DNA of 52,949 bases from the NCBI GenBank assembly GCA_049305715.1, contig JBAQPK010000604.1, positions 1 through 52,949 on the forward strand, given 5' to 3'. The stretch comes from Desulfuromonadaceae bacterium (GTDB lineage Bacteria > Desulfobacterota > Desulfuromonadia > Geobacterales > Pseudopelobacteraceae). Below the pieces are notes generated by a model. The model did not search any database. It had not been told where the DNA came from and worked only from the letters and a program-made list of their open reading frames with translations. Every line of letters starts with the position of its first letter. Positions within the stretch are counted from its first letter, which is position 1. The position numbers and the translations under genes were made by a program. Positions 16,714 to 25,489 of the stretch are shown piece by piece.

Positions 16714-18201
16714 CTAAATCAGCCTCGTCTTGCTTGAGCTTCCCGGCATCCGGCCGGAGTATTGAAACACCTGTTCGCCGATAAACAGGCTCATCATCGC
16801 AGGGTCGGCTACGTTTGGGGATGGGATCTTGAGCATGTTTTTCATATCCACTTTGCTCATTATCTGGAAAAGGCTATTCGCGTTTGGTTTCTCTGGGATT
16901 CTGCATACTTCGGTGCGAAACTTTTTAAGGCTTTTGCACTCGGAAGAGATAGACAACAGCTTATCCGGGTCTACATATTCGCCCTTTACTACGGCTTTGT
17001 AGGTGTTTCTTATTCGGTCACGCAGTTCCCTATAGTACTGGGCTCGCTTGTTCTTGCAAGTCTGCTTATTTGTCCGGGTTTTTTGCTCGCCAGTTGTCGA
17101 TCTGTCACCGTCATATGGTTCGTCCGGGCGGTCTACGCCCTCCGATCCCTTGAACATGGCCCAGTCAATCTTCTTCCCGGCTAAAAACCGGCTTACCGTT
17201 CCCTTCTGCCCAAGGCCCAGCCCGTCACAATCCCATACGAAAAGGTCTGCCCCGTCATCGACAGCCTTCCCCAAAGCCCAGAGCATACCGTCATCAACAT
17301 CTCCTTCAGTCCTTTCCTCGGCCTCCAATATCACCGAACCGTGCCTTAAGATATACCCTTTCGGATCACCAGAATCGGCTGGGTCGTAGGCGGCAACAAT
17401 CTTACCCACTGGCTTGAAGCCTAATTTAACATGAGCATCGACACAGGCATCAAACCATTCCGGCAGGATAATTGCCCGGTCGATTGTATCAAGGTACTTC
17501 CCGCCCCATTTGTTATCGTACACGGCTCTTGGCAGGTTTTCTAAGTCATCCAGCCGCTCATCCTCAAGGCCAGATGCTAAAAACCAATCACGGGGAACAT
17601 CGTCCCAGTTGGCCTCGACTGCCATTACCACATCGTCCTCGTAAAACCCGCACCGCTCAAGGTCTTGGTCTGCCCGCTTCAGCCACTTCTGGGCGATGGC
17701 GTCGGCAGACGAGTCTCGATTCATGGATATCCAAATTTCCGGCATTTTCGCCTTCCCGCCGGCGAGAACTTGGCCTGCCTTTTTGGCGCTAACCCGGACC
17801 GAGGCGGTCAAAACGTGCAGCGTCGCGTCGGATAAACTTTCCCCCTCTTCAATCCACAACCCATCCACGCCAGATAGCATGGATTTTATAGACCGGATAT
17901 TGCGCGACAGCCCCCGGTAGAAATTCCGGCCGCCAGACGAATGGTAGATATGAGACTTGTCGGAACTAAACCCCTGGAACCCGAGCCTATCTATCTCATC
18001 CTCAAGCAAACGGTGGACAGACTCATCAATCGAATTTTGGAACTCTCGGGCGCAACACCAGAGCTGGCCTTTTGATATACACGCGATAACGTAATCAGAA
18101 ACAAATGTTGACTTGGTAGAACCGCGCCCGCCGACGAGAATCTTAATCCGCTTCGGTCGTTCAACCAGCGGCTTGAATCTGTCTAGGCACAGGATATTCA
18201 A
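16714..18201 (-). CDS. terL: Terminase large subunit (495 aa)
   Basis: N-terminal Walker A VGGRGSTKS, Walker-B-like LWIEE, C-terminal nuclease-type region. Lies directly upstream of the portal region. Confidence 0.9.
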   Translation of the reverse strand: MNILCLDRFKPLVERPKRIKILVGGRGSTKSTFVSDYVIACISKGQLWCCAREFQNSIDESVHRLLEDEIDRLGFQGFSSDKSHIYHSSGGRNFYRGLSRNIRSIKSMLSGVDGLWIEEGESLSDATLHVLTASVRVSAKKAGQVLAGGKAKMPEIWISMNRDSSADAIAQKWLKRADQDLERCGFYEDDVVMAVEANWDDVPRDWFLASGLEDERLDDLENLPRAVYDNKWGGKYLDTIDRAIILPEWFDACVDAHVKLGFKPVGKIVAAYDPADSGDPKGYILRHGSVILEAEERTEGDVDDGMLWALGKAVDDGADLFVWDCDGLGLGQKGTVSRFLAGKKIDWAMFKGSEGVDRPDEPYDGDRSTTGEQKTRTNKQTCKNKRAQYYRELRDRIRNTYKAVVKGEYVDPDKLLSISSECKSLKKFRTEVCRIPEKPNANSLFQIMSKVDMKNMLKIPSPNVADPAMMSLFIGEQVFQYSGRMPGSSSKTRLI

Positions 18202-18668
18202 CCCTGGACTCCCTGGAAGACAATCACCCCGTCGCCGTCAGGGTTGTTGTTGATCTGGACGTTCGTTGTCGGGTCTTTGCCAAGCACCGTCTCGCGGCCC
18301 TTGTTAATCGTCTCTGCCCGGTACTTATAATCGGTCTGGTCTTCGCAGGGGGCGGCCATCGCTTCGGCGACATTTTGGAGTGCGGCTTTATTGAAAAACA
18401 GAATGTGCTTTGTCCTCTCGTCCACCAGTTCGTCATGGACGGCAAGAGCAACAGGATCGAGTGTTTCTTTCTCAACGGCAACGCTTACGGCTGTAGCGAC
18501 TAACTGTTTCTTCCGTGTTTCTTTCTGCCACCCTTCTGAATTAGACCGCTTGCTTAACTGACCTCGGCTAATACCTGTCTTTTCTTCGATCTTTGCCAGC
18601 GATAACCCGGCCTCGAAATACTCTTTTGCTTTGACCCATTGCTTGGGGGGAATTTCCTTAAACGCCAT
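18198..18668 (-). CDS. terS: Terminase small subunit candidate (156 aa, N-terminal HTH)
   Basis: HTH-like segment AGLSLAKIEEKTGISRGQLSKRS. 4-nt overlap with terL. Confidence 0.65.
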   Translation of the reverse strand: MAFKEIPPKQWVKAKEYFEAGLSLAKIEEKTGISRGQLSKRSNSEGWQKETRKKQLVATAVSVAVEKETLDPVALAVHDELVDERTKHILFFNKAALQNVAEAMAAPCEDQTDYKYRAETINKGRETVLGKDPTTNVQINNNPDGDGVIVFQGVQG

Positions 18669-18669
18669 T

Positions 18670-18798
18670 CTACTTCCTCACTAGCACAGCATCATTGAAC
18701 CCACAAACCGAACACAGGCACATTACCCGATACTCGCCAGGCCTGCCGGTCATTATCCGTGGGCCGGTTTCTTGCATCTTTTGTCCGCAGTGGTTCAT
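18670..18798 (-). CDS. Small Cys-rich ORF (42 aa, MNHCGQKMQ...CLCSVCGF...)
   Basis: ATG lies 4 nt after the DUF551-like stop, with GGAG upstream. Its stop is 1 nt before the terS ATG. Below the track cutoff. Confidence 0.4.
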   Translation of the reverse strand: MNHCGQKMQETGPRIMTGRPGEYRVMCLCSVCGFNDAVLVRK

Positions 18799-18802
18799 GC
18801 AA

Positions 18803-19055
18803 TTACTCCGGCCGGGCAGGGAGTGGCATCCAGTGAGTCACATGCCCACCATCGCCGCTCATATGGTAATACCTGTTATTCCCCCACCAGCATCCAACGG
18901 TCATGCGGTGCGCCCCGTAATTTTCCGGTTCGTCCTTCTCGACAAAACACCGCGTGGCTATTACGTAACCACTGGCTATAGGGTTTCTCGGCAGATACAC
19001 CCAGGCCAAGAACCTGAGTCCCGTAAGGCGCTGTATTTTCGGGCTGCCAACTCAT
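18803..19055 (-). pseudogene. DUF551-like gene split over two frames (needs a +1 shift near 19009)
   Basis: ATG 19055 opens MSWQPENTAPYGTQVLGLG..., a W-x-P...VL N-terminus. The track ORF 18803..19009 in the +1 frame continues AWVYLPRNPIASGYVIATRCF...THWMPLPARPE, a typical DUF551 C-terminus. Confidence 0.5.
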
Positions 19056-19194
19056 TGCGATATATTACCTAAATCCCCATATTTAGCAAGAAAAACCCGG
19101 CTTTTTACTACACCGTTCCCTTATCTCTGGTGATTGCCCTTCCCAGAAATACACTCACGATGCACCGGCCCTTCCTTCTCCCGGTAGTAGGCGG

Positions 19195-20115
19195 TCATTG
19201 TTTTCCCTTCCCGCGGTTAAGCTGGTCTAGCCAGTCCGTTCCAGGATCATCGGGCATGTGAACAATAACCGAAATATCGGTATTAATGCTGACCCGGTTC
19301 GCCAGTTCGTAGGCTGCCTTATGCCCGGTAAAGTTAAAGTCGTTGTCGGCGAAAATGTGCAGATGAGTTATCCCTTTCGGCGGACTAAACCCGGCCAGGA
19401 GGGCGCTTGATACCGCTGACCACACAGATATTCCCGTTGACTCATGGGCGGCGATGGCTGTTTCAATCCCCTCAGCTACCCCGACAACCCCGTCATCAGA
19501 AGGCCATAACCTGATTGCGCCTCCGGTCATTTTCTTCAACGACGGCAGAAGCTTTTTAACATCCACAATCCCGGTTGCTTTCCTGCCCGCTCCGTCTAAA
19601 TACGTCCGGTGCATGGTCACGGCTGTTCCGTCCGGCATGGTGAAGACGGCCAGCATTGCAGGGATTTCCTTCTTCAGTTCCGCGTTCCAGCATTTAGGAG
19701 AATACCGCAGAGTGGCCGGCACGATCTTCAACCCGCGGCCATGCAGATATTTTCCCACAGGGCAAGTCTGGTTTGCAACCTTTGAACTCGTATAAATGGC
19801 CCTTAGTTTCTCTGGGGTAATGGTCGGCTCTTTCGGTTCATTATCGGAAGGTTTTATCTTGCCGATCAGTGATTCAATCTGTTTGGCAGCCGCCTTGAAA
19901 TCACAGTTCAGAACCTTTTGAACCAGCGAGAACCCATCCCCGGCCCCGCACTGGTTGCAGTACCAAGTCCCTTTATTTTCCTTATTATCAAATCTGAACC
20001 GATCAGTTCCCCCGCATATCGGGCAGCCGCAATGCTTACCGTCGCCTACCTCGATTCCCAGAGAGCTAAAAATTCCGTGCCATTTCCCGGCGCACTCAAG
20101 AGCGATATCAGACAC
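19195..20115 (-). CDS. DNA primase (zinc-ribbon plus Toprim type, about 306 aa)
   Basis: CGCPICGGTDRFRFDNKENKGTWYCNQCG zinc-binding motif, with a Toprim-like acidic region downstream (VAEGIETA... ADND). Track ORF starts at 20226; I prefer GTG 20115, which overlaps the helicase stop. Confidence 0.8.
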   Translation of the reverse strand: MSDIALECAGKWHGIFSSLGIEVGDGKHCGCPICGGTDRFRFDNKENKGTWYCNQCGAGDGFSLVQKVLNCDFKAAAKQIESLIGKIKPSDNEPKEPTITPEKLRAIYTSSKVANQTCPVGKYLHGRGLKIVPATLRYSPKCWNAELKKEIPAMLAVFTMPDGTAVTMHRTYLDGAGRKATGIVDVKKLLPSLKKMTGGAIRLWPSDDGVVGVAEGIETAIAAHESTGISVWSAVSSALLAGFSPPKGITHLHIFADNDFNFTGHKAAYELANRVSINTDISVIVHMPDDPGTDWLDQLNRGKGKQ

Positions 20116-21613
20116 GTTTTCCCCCCTTGGCCCACTTGATAGCCTGGTGCTGCATGTATGCCAAAAATGCTTGGTCTGGCTCAATCGGTGCCACATCTGC
20201 GTAGGAATGGTGCGGCCATACCCCATAGCGGCCCTTGAATGAGCCGATGATTCGTTTCGGGTTGGGGTTTTTTTGCCGCGGAATATAGTGCTTCAGCATC
20301 CCCAGAAAAATCCTTTTTTCTGCCACGCTCCCCTTTTCTTTCTTTTCCCCGGCTTCGACCAGATCCGCTTCTACCACGTTTATCTTCTTGCCGAACAACT
20401 TAACCGCGGTTCCGCAATCTGGGCAAACTGAACCACCCGAGAAGACCAAATCGCAAGCGCGACACTGGACAACCTTTTCGAGAGTATCCTTTTTCTTCGG
20501 CTCCTTCCATGCCTTTTCTTTGCCGTCAAGCGACCATTCCCGCGCCCACTCGACTAGCCCGTGTTCGTCAACCGTTCCCCCGTGGTCGATCAAGATGCAA
20601 TCCTTCTTCCCCGGATATGGGCGAAGGCCGCGGCCAGCCATTTGGAGATATAACCCGAGGCTCTTGGTTGGTCTGGCAAGGATGATGCTGCCAGCCGCGG
20701 GGAAGTCGAACCCCTCACAGAGAATCCCCACGTTTGAGACAACTTGCGTTTTCCCGTTCCGTAGCCGCTTGAGAATATCGGCCCGTTCTTCTGCCGGGGT
20801 TTTTGCGTCAACGTGTTCCGCGGTAATCCCCACAGAAAGGAACTGGTCAACGATATGGATTGAGTGCCGGACGTTTACCGCAAAAACTATCGTCGCCCGG
20901 TCTGGGCATATCTTCAGCCAGTTATCGACAATATCCCCGACGAGGTGGGCTTTGTCCATCCTGGCGCCCAACTCTTTCCGGTCGTAGTCACCGGCAACCG
21001 TTCTGATTTTGTCCAGGTCAGGAGTTGAAGGGACGAAATAGCGAACCGGAACCAGATAGCCCTGGTCGATCAGTTCCCCGATTCCCAAGGTTGACACCAG
21101 GGCGTCAAAGTATTCACCGAGTCCGCGGCCATCCCCGCGGCATGGGGTCGCAGTGAGACCTACCGTTATTGTCTTGTCGCCGTACTGCTTCAAAATCTTT
21201 TGATAGCTGGGGGAAATCGCCCCATGACATTCATCTACGACAATCACCGCCGCGGCATGAAACCACGGATTGCTGTCAAGGTCTTCAAGGTTCATCCGGC
21301 GCACGTAGGTTTGCATGGATGCCACCTGAACCGCACTTGAGAAACTTGGCTCTTCCCCCGCCATAATCACGCCGGCCTCAACACCGCACCCGGCCAGGGT
21401 ATCACGCGCCTGAAAGATCAATTCGCGCCGGTTCGCCAGGAATAGCACTTTCCGCCCCTTGTTCTGCGCTGACTTAATCAGGGAGGCCGCGGTTATCGTC
21501 TTGCCTGCCCCGGTAGGTGAGTGAAGAATAACGTTTCGCTTTCCGGCCAGGAACTCGCGTCGTAAAGAATCAATCGCGGCAAGCTGGTAATCCCTCAAAA
21601 TCATATCGCCCAT
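20108..21613 (-). CDS. Superfamily 2 DEAD/DEAH-box helicase (about 501 aa)
   Basis: Motif I HSPTGAGKT, motif II VVDECH, motif VI QMAGRGLR, C-terminal CxxC...CxxC. ATG 21613 follows GAAGGGG (track start 21640 is a GTG). Confidence 0.9.
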   Translation of the reverse strand: MGDMILRDYQLAAIDSLRREFLAGKRNVILHSPTGAGKTITAASLIKSAQNKGRKVLFLANRRELIFQARDTLAGCGVEAGVIMAGEEPSFSSAVQVASMQTYVRRMNLEDLDSNPWFHAAAVIVVDECHGAISPSYQKILKQYGDKTITVGLTATPCRGDGRGLGEYFDALVSTLGIGELIDQGYLVPVRYFVPSTPDLDKIRTVAGDYDRKELGARMDKAHLVGDIVDNWLKICPDRATIVFAVNVRHSIHIVDQFLSVGITAEHVDAKTPAEERADILKRLRNGKTQVVSNVGILCEGFDFPAAGSIILARPTKSLGLYLQMAGRGLRPYPGKKDCILIDHGGTVDEHGLVEWAREWSLDGKEKAWKEPKKKDTLEKVVQCRACDLVFSGGSVCPDCGTAVKLFGKKINVVEADLVEAGEKKEKGSVAEKRIFLGMLKHYIPRQKNPNPKRIIGSFKGRYGVWPHHSYADVAPIEPDQAFLAYMQHQAIKWAKGGKRV

Positions 21614-21721
21614 AAGTAACCCCTTCGCGCACACACGCACGTATCTATATAATCAATATAGTTCTTAGTCTTGGCTGGGGAGGTAGTTAGTTGGTAAAGG
21701 TGATGGTGACGGGCATGGTTT

Positions 21722-21780
21722 AAGCATTGCTTATGCATTGCTCCAAGCATTACTTCAAGCATTGCTCCAAGCATACTTAA
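21722..21780. repeat. Five tandem ~12-nt iteron-like repeats
   Basis: AAGCATTGCTT / ATGCATTGCTCC / AAGCATTACTTC / AAGCATTGCTCC / AAGCATACTTAA, between the DUF1376-like gene and the helicase gene. A sixth related copy (CAATGCTCCAAGCAT) lies inside the DUF1376 gene near 21980. Confidence 0.7.
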
Positions 21781-22175
21781 AGTTCCTCGGTTAGAGGAAA
21801 AACCTCTTCACTTTGCCGCCTTCTCTCTCTTTCTTTCTCCCACCGTCTTTCCCCGGCAACACGGGCTTTCTCTGTAGCTTTCTCTTTTTTAGACTGTGCC
21901 GCAGATAGCTCTTTTTCAACCCGCTTGTGAACCCATAATGTCGGGTCTGAATCGGTATCGAAGAACTCTTTGATTTCTGCTTGTGCAATGCTCCAAGCAT
22001 CAAGGGACATTCCGACTATCGCGGCAAGTTTCTTGTCACAAGCAGGAAGGGCTTTACCTCGTCGCCAATACGCCATTAGTAGCAGGAGATAGGCCCCATG
22101 CTGCTCAGTCGTGAGGTGCATGGTGTCGGCCAGGTAATCGCCGATATAGAGGGGCATCCATATATCAGCTTTCAT
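21777..22175 (-). CDS. DUF1376 (YdaU-like) replication-associated protein (132 aa)
   Basis: N-terminus MPLYIGDYLADTMHLTTEQHGAYLLLLMAYW is the characteristic DUF1376 opening. Upstream of helicase and primase. Confidence 0.8.
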   Translation of the reverse strand: MKADIWMPLYIGDYLADTMHLTTEQHGAYLLLLMAYWRRGKALPACDKKLAAIVGMSLDAWSIAQAEIKEFFDTDSDPTLWVHKRVEKELSAAQSKKEKATEKARVAGERRWEKERERRRQSEEVFPLTEEL

Positions 22176-22473
22176 ACCGTAGCCCAGAAGGAAAATAAGC
22201 CGCTAAGGATATGCTGTGCCGGCCTTGTGCCAGGGAAGGCAAACGCAAGACCACCGCGCCGCGAACGCGATTCATATCCAAAGCAGCTTAAAAATAGATT
22301 GAACGAGGGGAACACTTTTGACTCCTTCCCTGAATTTTGGCACTTTCCAAAGTCGGCACAACCCGGAAAGGAAAAAGCATTACACGCAGAATAATCCAAT
22401 CGGCGTAATCCGCAAGAGAATAATTGCACCGATTGGCGATTAAATTTATTCGATAATTATTATTGATTGCTGC

Positions 22474-22505
22474 GACAAAAAGAAAGGGCCAGCCGAAGCC
22501 AGCCC
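22474..22505 (-). terminator. Rho-independent terminator ending the minus-strand early operon
   Basis: Minus strand GGGCTGGC-TTCG-GCTGGCCC (8-bp stem including two G-U pairs, UUCG tetraloop; 22486..22505) followed by TTTCTTTTTGT. Confidence 0.7.
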
Positions 22506-22551
22506 ATTGAATAAAACAGGTTATTGGGGGGATGTAAAGGGGGGATTGTGG

Positions 22552-22755
22552 TTATGAGATATGACCAGTTTTATCACCGTACCTGTCGCGCAAATCGTCG
22601 CGCTCAGTTATCACTTGTGCCAAGTGTGTCAGCATGGCGTCCTCGTTGGCCCTAAGCCGCTCTATCTCGTCGGCAGCCTCCATTGCAATACACCGTATCA
22701 TCGAGGTTCTGCCGTTTACAGATAGCCTCCGCAGTTCCTTGATAAGATCATCCAT
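22552..22755 (-). CDS. Hypothetical helical protein (67 aa)
   Basis: Track ORF; last gene before the terminator. Confidence 0.55.
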   Translation of the reverse strand: MDDLIKELRRLSVNGRTSMIRCIAMEAADEIERLRANEDAMLTHLAQVITERDDLRDRYGDKTGHIS

Positions 22756-22841
22756 TGGCTATCTCCTTACGTTTGGCCCGTCTCCTGGCCCGTTTATCCT
22801 CGGCCCGCTGCTGCTCGGCGGTCAGGGATGGACATGATTAT

Positions 22842-23573
22842 TCATAAACCACACTGGCAGGGCGGATATTCCATCTCTTCCATGCTCGGCAATGCGGCTT
22901 GCCGGTCGTTTACGATCTGCCCCAAAACAATGCCATCACCCCGCAAGGAGAAAGGGGCTTTACCTTTCGCAACCCGAGCCTTCCGGGTTCTCTCTTCCAG
23001 CTTCTGGGCCTTGCAAAATAACTCAGGGTGGTTCATCCTCAATCCCTTCCATTGCGCCACCCGTTGATATGGGCAAAACCAGCAACCAGATTTTGGCGGG
23101 ATTTTCAACCCAGCCGATTCAATCAGGTTCTTGCAGCCATCCCGGTCAATGTCGTGTTCGATCAGCAGCCAACGCGATTCGACGCCCTTTTGCGTGTTCA
23201 TCCTGGCCCGCTTCGCTTCCCCTGCATCAATCCCCAGGTGCATAAAACATGGAGTTTTAATGTAGCGGTTAACCGGGATCACCTTGAAATCCTTGGTACA
23301 CCACCGCGCCATCATTGACGGCACCATCTCCATTTCCCAGCAATATTCGTACAGGTCATTGTAAGTCCGCCCCTGGTTCTTGCGGTAGCACTCTGGCTTT
23401 AAGATTGTCACCGGCCGGCCGGTCGCCACAAAATAATCCACATATTCGTAGGTTTCCGGGTAGTCTCCTCCGTGGTCAACAAACACGGCCTCAAACGCCA
23501 TACCTAGCCGCTCCATCAGGAGATAAAGTGCCACCGAGTTAACGCCAGCCCCGAAAGACAGATAGTTTTTCAT
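22842..23573 (-). CDS. PAPS reductase / PP-loop ATPase-like protein (243 aa)
   Basis: N-terminal PP-loop variant LSFGAGVNS and a C-terminal Cys pair (CWFCPY) typical of phage PAPS-reductase-like proteins. Confidence 0.75.
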   Translation of the reverse strand: MKNYLSFGAGVNSVALYLLMERLGMAFEAVFVDHGGDYPETYEYVDYFVATGRPVTILKPECYRKNQGRTYNDLYEYCWEMEMVPSMMARWCTKDFKVIPVNRYIKTPCFMHLGIDAGEAKRARMNTQKGVESRWLLIEHDIDRDGCKNLIESAGLKIPPKSGCWFCPYQRVAQWKGLRMNHPELFCKAQKLEERTRKARVAKGKAPFSLRGDGIVLGQIVNDRQAALPSMEEMEYPPCQCGL

Positions 23574-23668
23574 TTTACCTCGTTACCAGGGCTGCCCCTG
23601 AGTTGCTGCCGAATAGATCGAGTTGGCCAGGATGGACATTAATGTGAAAATCTGGGATTTGGTCACGG

Positions 23669-23902
23669 CTAAGTAAGGGTAATATATTCGCCGCACAGCA
23701 ACTTGAAACACGCTTGGCATAGGTCAAGTTCTATCGTAGCGCCATCGCCAAACACTGAGCCGTACCCTCCGACGGAGTGGATAGAAACCATTTCTTGCCA
23801 TTCAATCCAATCGCTAGCGGTAAACTGTTTCTTGCAACGGTCGCACTCTATCTTCGATACGCACCGCGTGGTTTGCCTAATGGCTTGTGTGTATTTCATC
23901 AT
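23669..23902 (-). CDS. Hypothetical zinc-ribbon-like protein (77 aa)
   Basis: CDRC ... CQAC pairs; AGGAGG upstream of the tandem ATGs. Confidence 0.6.
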   Translation of the reverse strand: MMKYTQAIRQTTRCVSKIECDRCKKQFTASDWIEWQEMVSIHSVGGYGSVFGDGATIELDLCQACFKLLCGEYITLT

Positions 23903-23913
23903 CGCCTCCTAAG

Positions 23914-24015
23914 TTAATCTTCCTTCCCACTCCCACAAACGGGAAACTGTTGTGATTGTAGTTCCCAGACACCTAACTTTCTCATCCACGTAACGCAATA
24001 AGCCTCTTCGGTCAT
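23914..24015 (-). CDS. Small ORF (33 aa, MTEEAYCVTWMRKLGVWELQSQQFPVCGSGKED)
   Basis: Its ATG overlaps the upstream stop (ATGA). Below the track cutoff. Confidence 0.35.
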   Translation of the reverse strand: MTEEAYCVTWMRKLGVWELQSQQFPVCGSGKED

Positions 24016-24110
24016 TCCCCACCAGGGGCAAAAGGGCCGCTTGGTTCGTGATCCTTGTCAGCGTGGGGGCACTCGGTACTTCCGCAGGTTTCGGCGTGGG
24101 TGCATTTCAT
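24012..24110 (-). CDS. Small Cys/His-rich ORF (32 aa, MKCTHAETCGSTECPHADKDHEPSGPFAPGGE)
   Basis: GAGGG Shine-Dalgarno sequence; ATGA overlaps on both sides. Confidence 0.4.
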   Translation of the reverse strand: MKCTHAETCGSTECPHADKDHEPSGPFAPGGE

Positions 24111-24283
24111 AATTCCCTCGGTTTTCCTGTGGCGTAAACGCCCTTGGTTCTGACCAGCTTGGCAGGACTTCCGCCCAGTATTTCAGCGGCCTCTTTCCTG
24201 GTTCGGGCGGCCACGCGATATGGCCATCCGCCCGCAAAGCACTTCCACACCGCCAACATCGCCTTGCCGTCTTTGTCCCTCAT
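24107..24283 (-). CDS. Small ORF (58 aa, MRDKDGKAMLAVWKCFAGGWPYRVAARTRKEAAEILGG...)
   Basis: GGAGGAG upstream of ATG 24283; its stop overlaps the next ATG. Confidence 0.45.
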   Translation of the reverse strand: MRDKDGKAMLAVWKCFAGGWPYRVAARTRKEAAEILGGSPAKLVRTKGVYATGKPREL

Positions 24284-24312
24284 CCCAACTCCTCCGCCAA
24301 CTGGCGGTCAAA

Positions 24313-24591
24313 TTAACCCTCGCCCAACATCAGGCAAGTCTTTTCGTGCAGGTCTTCATCCGTCCCTATAAACTCTACGAACTTTGCTGGGTCTTTATGC
24401 CGTGCGAATGGCCCGTCTTGGTGATGATACTTGCATAAAGGGGCTACATGGTCGTGTTTTCTCTGGCCCATTCCACAGGCATGCCGACAATGATGAATGT
24501 TTGCCTCACCACCGCAACCAGGGACTAGACAGCCCAGCTCCACGATGCGAGAAAATCTATCTTTCTGCCGTTTAGTCGGGCGTTTAGACAT
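24313..24591 (-). CDS. HNH-type nuclease candidate (Ref/DUF968-like, 92 aa)
   Basis: CLVPGCGGEANIHHCRH ... CKYHH Cys/His pattern. Confidence 0.5.
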   Translation of the reverse strand: MSKRPTKRQKDRFSRIVELGCLVPGCGGEANIHHCRHACGMGQRKHDHVAPLCKYHHQDGPFARHKDPAKFVEFIGTDEDLHEKTCLMLGEG

Positions 24592-24698
24592 TTCCTATGT
24601 CCCCGACAGCCGTTGCGATCGGCGCGCCACCCATGCAAGATATTTACCAAGCTCTGCTACTTTTGACCATCGGCGCTTCTGTGCTGCGGTCTTGGCGC

Positions 24699-24998
24699 TC
24701 AAAGTATTTCTCCCCATATATCAACAATGATTTCCTCAACGGTCGAAACAACCCTGTAATGGCCGCGCCAGGATGCCAGAAGGTCTTTCTGCGATTGCTT
24801 CAGCGCCGACCCCCTGACCTCCCCGGTTTTCTTGCTGACCGCTTCTGGTGACTTGATCTCGTACCAGAATGTTTTACCAGCGTGCCCGACCAGGATATCA
24901 TCATGCCCAACCTGGACAGTAACGCCTCTTGCGACCAGGGCGGCAACTATTCCCGGCTGGTTGGTGTCGATCTTTGCGGCCCTTCGGTATTTGCTCAT
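24699..24998 (-). CDS. VRR-NUC domain nuclease (99 aa)
   Basis: GHDDILVGHAGKTFWYEIK matches the D...E-x-K core of VRR-NUC / PD-(D/E)xK nucleases. Confidence 0.75.
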   Translation of the reverse strand: MSKYRRAAKIDTNQPGIVAALVARGVTVQVGHDDILVGHAGKTFWYEIKSPEAVSKKTGEVRGSALKQSQKDLLASWRGHYRVVSTVEEIIVDIWGEIL

Positions 24999-25096
24999 TT
25001 ATTGCCTTTGGGCTTCTTGGCCTTGGGCTTGCCGGTGGACTTCATCGGCGTCTTGGCTTTCAATGGCGTTTTCCTAGCAAGGGCGGTTCTTTTCAT
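24995..25096 (-). CDS. Small basic ORF (33 aa, MKRTALARKTPLKAKTPMKSTGKPKAKKPKGNK)
   Basis: ATGA overlaps with the MazG stop and the VRR-NUC start. Confidence 0.4.
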   Translation of the reverse strand: MKRTALARKTPLKAKTPMKSTGKPKAKKPKGNK

Positions 25097-25446
25097 GGCT
25101 TCTGTACCGGCTTGCCGTGATTGTTACCGGATGGGTCGTTTACCCAATCGCGTTTCAGCACCTTTTCGATCACAGCCGCTATCTCAACCTCTGCATTTAT
25201 CCCCAGAAAGGATAACAGTTGCAACCCATAGATCAGAGTGTCGGCTACACCATCGGCAATCTCATCTTTGTTAATGCCGTTCACGCCGCCCCGTATCCCC
25301 TGCGTACCCTTCAGGACATGGTGACAAACCTCGCCAACCTCTTCGGCCATACCGAGGGCGCATTGCATAGCTATAAAGTCGTTGGTGCCGAAGTTAAGAT
25401 CCTGCCAAGCCCTCAACTCTCCTTGCCTTAGATCAATCATCATCAC
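25093..25446 (-). CDS. mazG: MazG-like nucleotide pyrophosphohydrolase (117 aa)
   Basis: LGMAEEVGEVCHHVLK ... EIADGVADTLIY is the MazG E-x-x-E ... E-x-x-D helix-pair pattern. Confidence 0.8.
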   Translation of the reverse strand: MMMIDLRQGELRAWQDLNFGTNDFIAMQCALGMAEEVGEVCHHVLKGTQGIRGGVNGINKDEIADGVADTLIYGLQLLSFLGINAEVEIAAVIEKVLKRDWVNDPSGNNHGKPVQKP

Positions 25447-25455
25447 CCCTCCATG

Positions 25456-25489
25456 GTTAACTGCTTGAAATTATCGACCCCCAAACTAC
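25456..25489 (-). promoter_or_regulatory. Conserved intergenic motif, copy 1 (just upstream of the MazG RBS)
   Basis: The 20-nt core GTTAACTGCTTGAAATTATC (+ strand) is identical to 25732..25751, and the flanks are similar. The minus strand reads AGTT.GG.GG..GATAATTTCAAGCAGTTAAC, which contains a -10-like GATAAT. Confidence 0.5.

Noticed and set aside
19056-19194. Possible third TAA-interrupted mini-ORF: a GTG with a GGGAGAAGGAAGG Shine-Dalgarno sequence, 13 codons, TAA, 22 codons, and a TGA overlapping the DUF551 ATG
   Set aside because: Both halves are very short and the pre-stop codon (AGA) does not recur 11 codons downstream. An open frame of 22 codons is easily explained by chance in GC-rich DNA.
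21722-21780. CRISPR-like array
   Set aside because: The repeats are only about 12 nt, directly abut each other without spacers, and no cas genes are present.
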